Shown: piece by piece, positions 38,031-49,507 of the stretch
Numbering within the stretch: the stretch's first letter is position 1
Layout of the letters: every line of letters begins with the position of its first letter
Assembly (NCBI GenBank): GCA_905178155.1
Contig: CAJINV010000017.1
Coordinates: forward strand, 1,472,269-1,536,268
DNA length: 64,000 nucleotides
Direction of reading: 5' to 3'
Source: Amoebophrya sp. A120
Lineage: Eukaryota > Protista > Dinoflagellata
Notes under the pieces: generated by a model
The model's input: only the letters and a program-made list of their open reading frames with translations
Database searches by the model: none
What the model was told of the DNA's origin: nothing
Made by a program: the position numbers and the translations under genes

Positions 38031-39773
38031 CGTCTTCTTTTGATTACAACTCGTGTAGACCACAGATCTTAATATTTTCGCGCACTGCAAGTGCAACTGC
38101 TGCAGCTCGGTGGTGGCGCTAGCTGCATTCAGGGTGACAACAACTACGACCGAGCGTCTGCCGCGAGACTCTGTCCTCTTCCGGTTTTGGGACGAGATAA
38201 TTTTCCATCTTCTTATCGAATTCCAATTCGAGTGCTTTCAAGCTGCGTTTTCCGTCACATTTTTCTTTGTCTTCACCTGCGGAGATTATACGCTCCTCAA
38301 ATTTCGGTATGGTCGTTCTTCTCGGTGTTTTTCTTCCGCTACATTCTTTGACGTAGTTCTAGTTGCCTATGGCGTGTTTTAACGTCACACGAGAGATGAT
38401 CGAAAATCTCAACCAGCAGCTGCAGTGTGGTAGTTTGGTGCAACTTGTTCGAGAGCAGTTCTTTCTTCACATGAGCGCTCATCTCTGCCGGAGAGTGTTT
38501 CTTCTAGTTCTATCACGCATTGCAAGATGAATTTTCAGAGAAATACTTCTCCTGTGGAGGGCCTATATTTGATGAAGAAGAAGAAAACTCGAGAGGAGAG
38601 CTGACTGTAGCGAGAGTGGCTATATATTTGCAAATGGAAACGCGGAACAAAAAACGTCCAGGTCACTACGTCCAGATACGCTACCCTCGTACCCCTATTG
38701 GAATTTTTGATCTCTTTGTCCTTATGTTATTCCCCTCGCACAGCCTCGGGACCCAACCCACCTAGTAGTATAGTCGTGTAAAAAAAGTGTGTAGTTCATG
38801 GAGAAAAATTGCCCCAGTCCGCGTTATATTCGCCAATTTTGATTCATTGTTGCGCTAGCACTCGCTCCTCAAGCCTAGGTCTAACTCTAACGTCTCGAAT
38901 TGGAATAATAAATGGTCACAAAGTTGATACGCAAATTAATATTCGCCGGGTCTTTAGAAGTGAGTCGCAGCTGCTACGTGAATCTACAGTACGAAGAGTT
39001 TTTCAATCTTTTCACAGAATGGTAATCAGAGCAACTTCTTCTACGCAGTGATCTGCGATAGTATTACGACCGACAAGAAGTGCGCTGGTCACAGGATCTA
39101 GTTTTTCCGTATTGGAAATCTACCACCGTAACCGCAGCTCCCCGCAGGACCGATGTAAATCGAAGCGCCGCTTGAAGTCTAATAAATCGAAGCGGAAAGC
39201 GAAAGTGGAGGCTGACCTGTAATTTATTGAGACAACTGACGCGAAGACAAGAAAGACAGAATAAAGAGTTCTAGCACTTACAATACGCAAGAGCTACTGC
39301 CAGGCCGATAAACCGCTGTACACAACGGCGTAACTTTTGAAAACTCTGATTTGTCACCCTGACCCAATAAGTCATTCCCCGTGCTGCTTCCGACAGCCTC
39401 TTTCACTACCTCAATCCACCACCACCCGATGCTGACCGGAGGGGGCATGCCCAGCCGATCCAGTATGCTGTTCTGGCTTTGCTGAAGTTTCCCTTGAGGA
39501 TCTGGCACATGATGTCGACGAGTTGTACTTCTACCATATCTTCAACATTTTCCAACACCTAGCCACCAAGTTGCCATGGAGGAAAGGTAGCAGGGTTACG
39601 TTACTGGAAGAGCGGAAGTGGAAAGTATTACGGAACACTAAGAACCGTGACGGTTCTCCCTGGTCGTGGGTGGTACCGTCAGGACAAGAACTGGCGTTCG
39701 CAAGATCGTCTCCGTCGCTTTCGTAGCCTGATCCGCTACAGCACAAATAAAAACTCCTTCCGTGGCCGCGAGG

Positions 39774-42700
39774 ATGTTATTTGCCGGACCAGCGCGGTCC
39801 CTCTGGACGGGAACTTCGAGTTCCTCCACCTGCACCTCCTGGCGGACAAAATCGAGGCCGCGCACAGGCTCGGGAACGAGCTGCTCTCCAACATTTTCAT
39901 CTTTTTCCACCTCGACTAGAGGTGGTTCCACCGGCGGACCGAGGAAAACGACCTGGGCGGGTCAACAGGGCGGGAGTGGAGCCTCTAGCGAGCATCAGCA
40001 ACACTCAGCATCTTCATCCACTTCGCGGCCCTTTGGTGGAGCGGCTAATTATAGAGGGTGGAAGAGGATAAATCATACGATAAGAAACTTCTCATCTACA
40101 ACATCTGCTGTCGTCCATCCGTATTACTACGCTCGGGCGCTGACGTCACAAGACCTGAAGAAGTTCAAAAATGTAAATGACGACCGACATCCAGGAACAA
40201 TAAAACCACCTCCTCCGATAATCTTTTTGAAAAGAAGGGGCTTTTCCACCTCCGCAGCGACGACACCAGATGGCGGAACAACGGCCCCAGGAACAGCGAC
40301 GACGACCGCTACAACCTCTTCCACAGAGGGCGATACTATTTCTAATTCAGAACCATCAAAACCGAAAGCCCTCAGTTCTGACCCCGGGTTTTTCGTAAAA
40401 CCCCCGACTCGGAACCAACTCCGGCGCGTCTTCATTGCATCCGCGATCCCCTTCATCGGTTTTGGTTTCCTGGACAACTTTCTGATGATCCTGATGGGCG
40501 ACGCGATCGACGCGAGCCTGTGCGTCAAATTCGGCTTTTCCACCATGGCGGCAGCGGCCCTCGGGAACACGTTTTCGGACGTTTGTGGCGTCTTTTCCGG
40601 GGGCGTGATTGAGGATTACGCGCAAAAGCGGGGGATCGAGATGCCGGCGTTGGACAGTGAGCAACTGAAACTAACGTCCGTGAAAACGTACCAGTACGGC
40701 GGTTTTCCCCAAAGACAATTTTTTTTTTTCGATCCAATTGTAAGCAGGGCGGGCCCTTCGCAACCGACTTGCGCCGCGAATGGCCAGACCGAGGCGGAGG
40801 CGCGCGCCCCCCCGGGTGTGTTGCTTTATGGAATCCAAGAGATTGCGTAGCTAGTGGCGCCAACGAACTGCTTTGGTAGCTCCTCGAGAAGTATGCGCGC
40901 AATTTAAGAAAGGCCTCTGCGGCTCGGAGTCCAGACGCAGCCGGCCGCCCCTCCTTCAGGGCAGAGCAGCTTGCTGATGTTCTCCATGACCGACCCCAGT
41001 GTGCCTCTCTTTCTATCCTACAGGCTGAAAAGCGCAACGCCCCGCCCGGCTTTTTGGGGCGCAAGCAGCTCGAGCCCCGCGGGGCAGCGCCCGGGGCAAG
41101 GCGCCCGTGCCAGACCCGCCCCCCGGCCACCTAAGGCTCCCACGCGATGCCCCTTGCCGTGGACCTGTGTTCTCCACTTGAGGCTGGCCGGCACCGTTTC
41201 CCTGAGTGCATGCTCGGACACGTTGGCGAGAAAAAAAACGTATGCTGGGGATTTCGGCCCTAAGCGGCTATCTACGCACTTGCGGCCACCAAAACGGGCA
41301 CCAGAAACGTCCCGAAAGTGGACGCATGCACGACCTCCAGGGAAGCGGCGAGGCCGGGGCCTCAAAAGTTGGGCGCGGCCTTCAAAGTCCGGCGGCCATG
41401 TGGGCCCGGGCAAGGGGCCAGCGCCGACGCCCACAAATCAACACTCGGCACGGCAGGCGGGGCGTTGGATCGCTAACAGAATAACAGCGCCCCGTCCGAG
41501 GTAGCAACGCAGAGCACGCTTTTCCAGCAAAATGCCCGCAGCCAAGCAAGCGCGAGCAGTGCGGCGGGGCCGCGTTGCAGTAGTCTACACGCGGATCGGG
41601 CCGAAATAGATACACACATCCACAAAGCCTGCTGCCCCATCAGCTCAAGCGCTGACTTTTGAGCGCCGCCATCTCGCTTGCTCCTTTGCATATGTAACAG
41701 CATCAGAGATTATCCTTGAAGAAGATCCACTAGCGGACACTATCCGGTCGGGCTGCGCAGGCGCAGCCGGCGGCCGTGTTGTTGCATCAGTTCAAAAAAA
41801 TTTTTTTGATTTGGGGAAAACCGGGGTAGTGGGGACAGTTTTTCCTAACGTAGAAACTAACGTCCGTGAAAACGTACCAGTACGGCGGCCAGGCCTGGTA
41901 TGGAAGCGTCAGGTTTGAAATCGTCAAAGTTGAAATAATTTGTAATGCATAAAATGCATGACCCGAGGCACGTATGTTGCAGAGCAGGGAAGTGAGGCCG
42001 ATTCTAAGCCTGTTTGGGGTTACAGCTCGAGCTGCTAAAGTAGCATGAGAAAATCGCTCTTCTTTGCCTAAAAAGCATGACAAACTGGATTTTGGGACCA
42101 ACGAAATTTGTCTTGCGCCACTTGGAAACTGGGTTGTCTAACTGGTGTCCGTTTTATGCATGACAAATTATTTCAACTTTGTCGATTTCAACTCTGACAC
42201 ATCCATACCTGTGGGATCGTTGTCGGTTGCATCCTCGGGATGTGCCCCCTGCTCTGGATGGACCCGGACGCGACGGAGAAGTTGAAAAAGGAGAAAACCA
42301 AAATCGACGTGTTGAACCGGGTTGTCACGGACGTGAACGATTTACTGAACGCAGAATATCATATGTAAAAGCGTCCCCACGACCCCAGAGGCAAATTGGG
42401 AGCTTAGCAACAGAAATTCAGAAGTTTTGGGAGCCACGCATGACAAGTTGCAGCCCGTAGTGCAGTGCATGTTAGCAAGTGCAACCGAATCACAAACCCA
42501 TCGATCTTCTTATCCTGTTTACCGCATTACAAATTCCAAACCACGGCGACTGGAAATAATGCCTCTCATGGAGATGCGCATTACATATCTTCGTGTAATC
42601 GCAAATCTGCATGACAGCTATGTTGGGGTCGTGGGGATGTTTTTACATAGGATACAGAAGCGACGTTCATCATGATGATCGACCGCGAGCGCGAGGAGCT

Positions 42701-45700
42701 GTACACCGTCGCGACGGAGAACATCCCGGAATTCATATCCTGACTAAAAACGTCCCCACCCCAGAGTCAAGATGGCGATTTTGCAACACAAACCTAGGAG
42801 TTATGGGAGTCACGCATGACAAGTTACAGTCCGTAAGGTAGTGCAAGTTAGCAAGGAGAGCCGCGTCACAAGTCGATCTGCTGATCCTCTTTACAGCATT
42901 ACAAGTTCCCAAACACGAGTGACAATGCCTGTCATGGGGTTGTGCGTCACAAATGCTGCTGTCATGGCAAATCTGCATTACAACTCTGGGGTGGGGATGT
43001 TTTTACTCAGGACAAATCCGCGCGAAACTGAACGAGGGCGTGATGGGCCACTGTGCGACGACGAAGAAGTTCATCAACATTCCGGACCTGAAGCAGTCCG
43101 AGTTCTTCGACCCGAAAAGGCACACGAACTACCGGAATACGGGGAGAGATATCAAATCCGTGTTGTGCATGCCGGTGCTGAATCTAGCCGAAGTGGAGGG
43201 CGTCGACGGGGAGCAGTCCTCGGTCATCGCAGTGGTCGAAGCCGTGAACAAGAAAGCAGACACGGGGTTCACGCACAAAGACGAGGAAGTGATTGCCGCG
43301 ATCTGCTCCCATATAGCGACCGCGCTCGCGGACGACGAACATCGAAAGTTCAAAAACGTCATCGACATGTGTCGGGCACAGATTGTGCTACGGGAGCAAT
43401 ACACGACGATGAACCCGTACTGTTTTTTTTTTTTATTTGCTTTATCGGTTTTGTTTGTGGTGTAAAGAAACTCAAACTACGAATAACAAGAAGTGATGCA
43501 GCTGCGATGGTTTGCATTTATTTCAGATGCAAAAATAAAACCTGAGATAAAAAAAAAACAGCATTGCATGTCGTAACTGCCACTTGCTCGTCCTGCAAGA
43601 ACCTGCAATACGTAGCAGTATTAGCAGTAAAGCAACTCTGTTCATCTAAGATATCATTTTAACACAGTGTCATCGAGCAGAGGCAGATGAAGCTGTTCGA
43701 AACGCTCATGGAAGAAACCAGCGCGATTTTAAAGGCCGAGGCGTCCCATTTGCTCCTGATCGACCCTGTGAGACAGAAACTGCGAACGAAGGTCGGACAC
43801 GTCTTGCCGCTCAGGGAGTTCGCGCTTGATGAGGACATCATGGGAAAAGTGTGCCGGAGAGGTAAAGAAGTATGTTGACACAAGCTGCGCAGTGGTTTCA
43901 AGATTGTTGCATTTGCAGCTACTTCTTTATGGCGCCGTATACTATCTCAACGTCGAACTATCTCAAATTTTTTTACCTCAACTCTATATAGCTACCTAAA
44001 GTAGGTAGTTTATGTAGATAGTGAATTATATGCAAGTAGATAACTGTTTTGCATGACAAATGAGCTATATTAGAAGAAATCGTCTGGTCCCGCTCCGCCG
44101 CCCTGTCAATTTCCGGAACCCCTTTCGACCCCGTCTGTGAGGGGCCCCCCCGGAAGGGGGGTCGGCGAGGGGGGTAGCTGAGGGGGGCAATAATAAGCTT
44201 CCGCCGATGCTAGGGCGCACTGAAAAAATGCAGCTTTTTGAGCACCTTTCAGGGGTTCGCGGAGGGGGTGTCCGGAAGGGGTCATGAGGGAAGCAACAGG
44301 ACTAGAAAAAATCGGCGGAGCAGGACCGGACGATTTTCATTGATCTAACTTAATCTGTCACGCCAAAAATCTAGCTACATAAGCATCATGTGTTAGCTGA
44401 ATAAACTAGCTACTTGAACTACCTATTTAATATTGGGTTGAAAAATTTTGAGATAGTTGAGCGTTGAGATAGTATACGGCGCCATATTCTTGGTATCGAC
44501 GACGATCATAAGTCGCAGACTGCTCCGCTGGAACCATCGCTCATTTTTTTATGAAGATATCACTTGCACTTCTGAAATTGCTATAGAATAGAATTTTCTT
44601 TCCGCAAATGGAATACATTTACACATCCTCAGGTCAACTGGTGAACTCGACGGATTTCCAGCGTTCCAAGTACTACAAGCCCGAGAAGCACGACAACTAC
44701 CTGGGCACGGGGCTGGAAGTGCGGACAAGATTGTGCGTCCCGGTTATCTATGCACTGCAAAAGTATCGTATTAGTATTAATTGCAATACAAATTCGCTCA
44801 GCATGACAAATTCTGACTAATGGAACTTGTCATGCTGATTTGCTTTGGCAACGAGATTTGTAATGCATAAATGCAATTACTACGAGTACGATACTTTTGC
44901 CGAGGATGTTATCAACACGGAAAGGCACGTGATCGGGTGTTTGGAAGTGATCTATCGCAAGAAAAAAATGTTTCAATGTGAACTTGTGATGCAGAAAATG
45001 AAGCACCAGAGTTGTTCTCTTGCTACACCTGCAAGACATTGGATTTCTAAGCGTGTTGTCTGTTGGGAAACGCGCATGGCAAATAATTCTGAAACTTGTG
45101 ATGCAGATCTTGCAAAATCATCACAGGGAAACAGTTTTTTCGTGGGATATGATCAACAAAAAGTCCAATGAGGTTTTCAACATGCACGACATCGAGCATT
45201 TGTTGAACATCGCCGGCCACGTCGCGCTCACACTGGAGGGTCACGGGTCTTCCATCAAGAAGGTTTTGGCGTTGGCGCAGGACCAACGGCAGTTGATGCA
45301 GGACAGCAAGGACTTCAAGCGCACCGCGACCAGGCAGCTGTCCGGGCCGTTGATGTTACAGGTGGAGCCGAGTGAGGAAGACGCGAATCTGGACCACGAT
45401 GATTCTTGGGACGATGAGATGGTCGCGGCGAGCGAGCACGTGGTGGACTTGATGGCCGGGCAAGATTTGATCAACAAGGGGGACGCGACCGCGCACAAAA
45501 TGTCTTTAGGCGGTCACGCGAAGAACGAGGCGCACCTGAAGCAGAAACTGCGGAAACTGCAGAAAGAGTCGGACCTCGTGGTGCACTTGGACCGGGCCGC
45601 GGACCTGCCCAATATGGCGTTCTCAACTGTTACACTCTCAACTGTTACATGAAATTTGTCATGCAAGAACAGCAGCAACCGAAGAGGCAAGATTGCTGCT

Positions 45701-47010
45701 TTCGCATCACAGATTTGGCAGAGATGTGCGTCCTGTTTAGCCCTTCGGAGATTTGTCATGCGTGGCCGCTTGATCATCTGGAGGCTTAAGGTAGTTTTGC
45801 ATGGCAAATCCGTGTAACAGTTGATAATGTAACAGTTGAGAACGCCATACCAAAAGCGGATCTGTTCGGTACCATCGATCCCTACATCACTGTATCACAA
45901 GAAGAAGTGTTAACGTTAACGGTTTTCACAGATTGCAGTCATGCATCACAAATGTAGTTAAATATGCATCACAAATGTAGTTAAATATGCATGCTATGCA
46001 TGACAAATTTAGGCACGTTTTGCTTTTGTGATGCATTTCTGCATTACAAATTCCGTTAACGTTAACACTTTTTCCTGTGATACACTGTCAGCATCGTGGA
46101 GGGAGATCCGAAAGCACCAAATTACGACGGGCCAACGAAGGGGCGAGGTAAAATTTTTGATAGCCTTTATGTTTGTTTCGTAAAATCGAGCGCAGCAGTG
46201 AGAGTCGTTACAACAGTGTGCTTCGAAGTATTTATGGTTTTAACCATTTTTTGAGTTGTTTCTCCTCGCAACACAGCAGGTGAGATGAATTATCTGAATC
46301 AGTAATCTGCAAAACTGCTTGATAAAAAGATACATACATGAAACGTCGAACTGCAGGTCACGCGTCGCCGCTCGGGCACGGAAAGTCGGTTCCGATTAGG
46401 CAGAACCAGAACCCGGTGTGGAACGAGAAAATCAACATCGCTTTACCGGAGGAGCTCGTGAACGATTACGAAAACCTCTACCTGCACATCAAATATCCAC
46501 TGCAAAAGTATCGCACTCGTATGAATTGCAGATATGCATAGCAAATCTGGTTTCCTACCCAAATCTGCATTACAAATTCCAAGTTTCTTCCTGATAAAAT
46601 TTGTCATGCGATTTATACTAGTACGATACTTTTGCAATGCATATCAAGCTGTGGGACTGGGACTTCATGAAATCAGACGACATGATATCACAAGAAAAAG
46701 TGTTATACGTTAACGGTTTTCACAGATCGCAGTCATGCATCACAAACGTAGCCCAATATGCATGCTACGCATGACAAATTTTTACACGTTTTGTGATTCA
46801 TTTTTGCATCACAAATTCCATTAACGTTAACACTCTTTCCTGTGATACATGATCGGGGAGGTGGTTTATCCGTTAAAACGCGTTCTGCAGGAGGACACGA
46901 TGCAGATGACGTCGTTTCCCTTGACCGAGATAAAAAACAACCCGGACGAGTATGACTTGAAAAAATCCCGCATCTGGCTGAAGTTCTCAATCGCGAAGAA
47001 AAAGCAGTGA
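39774..47010 (+). CDS. TMEM65-domain + GAF + GAF + C2 fusion protein (~14 exons)
   Basis: TMEM65 motifs IPFIGFGFLDN, STMAAAALGNTFSD and GIVVGCILGMCPL; two GAF domains (SVLCMPV..AVNKK..FTHKDE; LCVPVI..EVINKK..F..HDIE); C2 (DLPKADLFGTIDPY, NPVWNE, LWDWDFMKSDDMIGE). Inferred exons: 39774-~40700, ~41854-41897, 42212-42355, 42659-42734, 43019-43416, 43668-43861, 44633-44747, 44913-44951, 45154-45611, 45854-45891, 46087-46147, 46357-46492, 46648-46684, 46852-47010. The start is uncertain. Confidence 0.8.
40701..41822. mobile_element. GC-rich 1.1-kb non-autonomous TIR element inside the TMEM65 domain
   Basis: 13-bp TIR GGTTTTCCCCAAA / TTTGGGGAAAACC; no credible ORF; bracketed by a 36-bp exon duplication (40667-40702 = 41853-41888). 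Confidence 0.7.
41899..42207. mobile_element. Introner family C (309 bp)
   Basis: TIR TATGGAAGCGTCAGGTTTGAAATCG...; TSD CCTGG/CCTGT; homologous to 59028-59334. Confidence 0.93.
42357..42654. mobile_element. Introner related to family A (298 bp)
   Basis: TIR TATCATATGTAAAAGCGTCCCCACGACCCCA / TGGGGTCGTGGGGATGTTTTTACATAGGATA; TSD CAGAA. Confidence 0.93.
42736..43014. mobile_element. Introner family A (279 bp)
   Basis: Family A TIRs and length; decayed TSD ATTCA/AATCC; interrupts the first GAF domain. Confidence 0.92.
43928..44486. mobile_element. 559-bp MITE of the introner class nested in the canonical intron 43862-44632
   Basis: Long TIR TATGGCGCCGTATACTATCTCAACG...; TSD TTCTT; additional internal inverted repeats around a GC-rich core. 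Confidence 0.92.
44749..44908. mobile_element. Introner family E (160 bp)
   Basis: TIR core GCAAAAGTATCGTA; TSD TTATC. Removal gives CVPVI-NTERH. Confidence 0.9.
44953..45149. mobile_element. Introner (197 bp)
   Basis: Ends TATCGCAAGAAAAAAATGTTTC / GAAACAGTTTTTTCGTGGGATA; TSD TGATC. Removal gives LEVI-NKK. Confidence 0.9.
45613..45849. mobile_element. Introner family D (237 bp)
   Basis: TIR TATGGCGTTCTCAACTGTTACA; TSD CCCAA/CCAAA. Removal gives DLPK-ADLFG. Confidence 0.92.
45893..46082. mobile_element. Introner family F (190 bp, with an internal tandem duplication)
   Basis: TIR TATCACAAGAAGAAGTGTTAACGTTAACGG; TSD CACTG. Confidence 0.93.
46494..46643. mobile_element. Introner family E (150 bp), opposite orientation to 44749-44908
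   Basis: TIR TATCCACTGCAAAAGTATCG / CGATACTTTTGCAATGCATA; TSD TCAAA/TCAAG. Removal gives LHIK-LWDWD. Confidence 0.9.
46686..46847. mobile_element. Introner family F (162 bp)
   Basis: TIR TATCACAAGAAAAAGTGTTA; TSD CATGA. Removal gives DDM-IGE. Confidence 0.93.
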
Positions 47011-49507
47011 GTGTGCTTGTCTTTGTGTGATTGTTTTCACGGTAGAAGTGCTCCTTCAATTACGTCGACGGCGCATCTTCACAGAAGTATTTCCACGTTT
47101 CCTTCAGCGTTGACAGCTCGCGGCGGATGGGCTGCTGCCGCGTTTCCTTCCAGCGGTCCGAAGCCTTTTTTTACACGCATGATGAAGATGATTTTCTTTT
47201 TTTTTACTTTTGCGACTTTCTCTCAAAAACAAACTTCGATTTGGTAACAACAAGATGAAAAACAAGTGAAAACAAAAGAACTCGGACAAAATGACTTCTG
47301 ATTTTATTTTTCGAATACAACCCATCAACGCTTACGCTACTAACTCAATATCGATATCTCCATAATTACACTACAATGACAATAAAAAGAGCAAAGAAAA
47401 AAGAAAGAAGAAGCAGAGATGTAAAACCAAAACGAATTTATGTCAATAGCAAATCCAAAAAGGGTTTGTTTTGGTCGCGCGCGGATCTAGCGTAGCGATT
47501 ACGCGGCTGTGGCAGGATCTGGCGACGCAACCTTTCTTGTACTAAAGCAAAGAGATGAAGAAAGTTCTTCCGCTAAATATTGCGGCATCGAATATCGATT
47601 CGCGGAGCAGATGTGAAAGAGTAAGGGAAGGATATGGATACAGTAAAAAACGCAGTATCCACTCAAACTCTCCGTAGAGTCAATAAGTCGTGTGTTTTAT
47701 TGTGTGACAATTCTGACATAATAATACCCTACGTCATGAAAAGCAAGTGTGAAGGCAGATAAGCATGACGCGACATTACCCGGCATTCCTTTTGGATTCC
47801 CGTCTCAAGAACGCAGCGCCTGGATACAAAGGCGTCGTCTTGTGGTGACAGGCGGCTCCAATCTCTTTTACTAAGGAACAAGAAAAAATCTTCTGGCTTG
47901 AAATTGTATATCTAAGTTAGCTTCTGATTGAGCGATAAGTATCTACAACATTTTTATCTAACTATCACATAGTCCTTGCCTTTTATGCCCGAGGATCTTT
48001 GTACCGTTTCCGTTTGACGCATAACTCTTGAGCTTTGTTCTAAGACAGCTTTCAATCGAAAATACTGTAGTCGCTTATTGTCCTTCACCTTCTACATCTA
48101 CAACTACTACAGCGCCCGTAGTACTACACAAAAAGTTTGGAAGAAATCATGGAACAGAAAAGGACGAAAAGCACAAGGATAAGGAAATGTCTCCAATAAG
48201 GAAAAGGATGAGACCACGGATAGACTTTGACAGACTCAATTTTATGAACAGCGGCGTTTATTTTGTTGGCCGAGCGGAGCTCCCGGTGAGGGTGGAAGTT
48301 TGGGCGTTCTGCGAGTCCTGCGTGAGTACTTGATACTCTCATTTAACAGGTTCATGCTCATCACGTGCTTATGGCTATGTCAACCTCGATCAGTGGTCGC
48401 GGTTTGCTTTCCTGCAAACGGTAGCTCTAGAGACTCCACAAACACTCCTGTGCTCACGAAGACGGACATGGCCACCGTGCAAAGATCCTAAAATGATCAT
48501 CGATCCAGCGAGCTCAAGCTGCGATCTAAAATTTTTTGTTAATCGACCTTGAAGAGATCGCGTGCGCGAACCGTAGCCTGAACAACAATGGCCAAAACAA
48601 GTGTACCTTAGCGCAGCCCCGGATATTTGATGTATTTCAGCATCAACATCATGATCATGGCGACTCGTAAGTAGTAAGTATAAGCATTCCACCTACCGGC
48701 CACAGCTAGCGCAGCCGGTCGCAAGTAGGTGAACCATAAAACTTGTGAACTTTTCTCTTCATAATTCCTCAACCTGCGCAGGGCGGCATCATAGTTCTCG
48801 CTTTCTTTTACACAACACCATACTTAATTTCATCTAGTTTCGCTCTTTAGGACAGCAAGTTGTGTTCTAAGAAACAAACGACCATGAGGTAGGAGTTTTG
48901 TCGAAGCGAATGGACGACCAATACATTTTTTTTTCTTCAACAGCAACATAATACGCTTGTTAGATGGGAAAGAAATTTTGTAGAATTGATGCCAAGACTG
49001 AATATTTTTCTGGGATCTGGAAGCTTATCTAGCCACAGCACTTTCCTGTGACTAAGTCCTTTTGACGAGATCCTGTTTCTGTTTCGCGTGAAGAATTGCT
49101 GCGTTGGGTCCTTGACATTCCGGACTTGACTTGGTAATTTTCGAGCTTCATTCTCACGCATAGTTGGTGCAAGTAAAGCAAATAGACGCTTTACTTTTCG
49201 CAAACTTATTTGTAGTGGCTGTCCTCGTTTCAAGCTGCTCGATAATTTCATCCTCCAAGTTCATATATACACAACAACACCAAAGTCATAGTTTCGCTTT
49301 AGATAAGCATCAAACATAAAAACAACGCTTCATAGCTTGCACGTATCTACTTGAGAAGTAGCTCGTCATCGCGACAGATAGAAGAAGAGAAAACTTCCAG
49401 GAAAGATGCTTCCTTCTGACCGTTCAAGCGCGAAAAGCACAAATCGTGCCAGCACGTCTACCTGCGACAAAAGTCCGAGACTAGGAAAGAACTCAACACT
49501 CAGCAGA

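Noticed and set aside
39647-39919. 90-aa ORF overlapping the start of the TMEM65 fusion gene
   Set aside because: It has no ATG start and no recognisable domain. It cannot be supported, although it leaves the 5' end of the gene uncertain.
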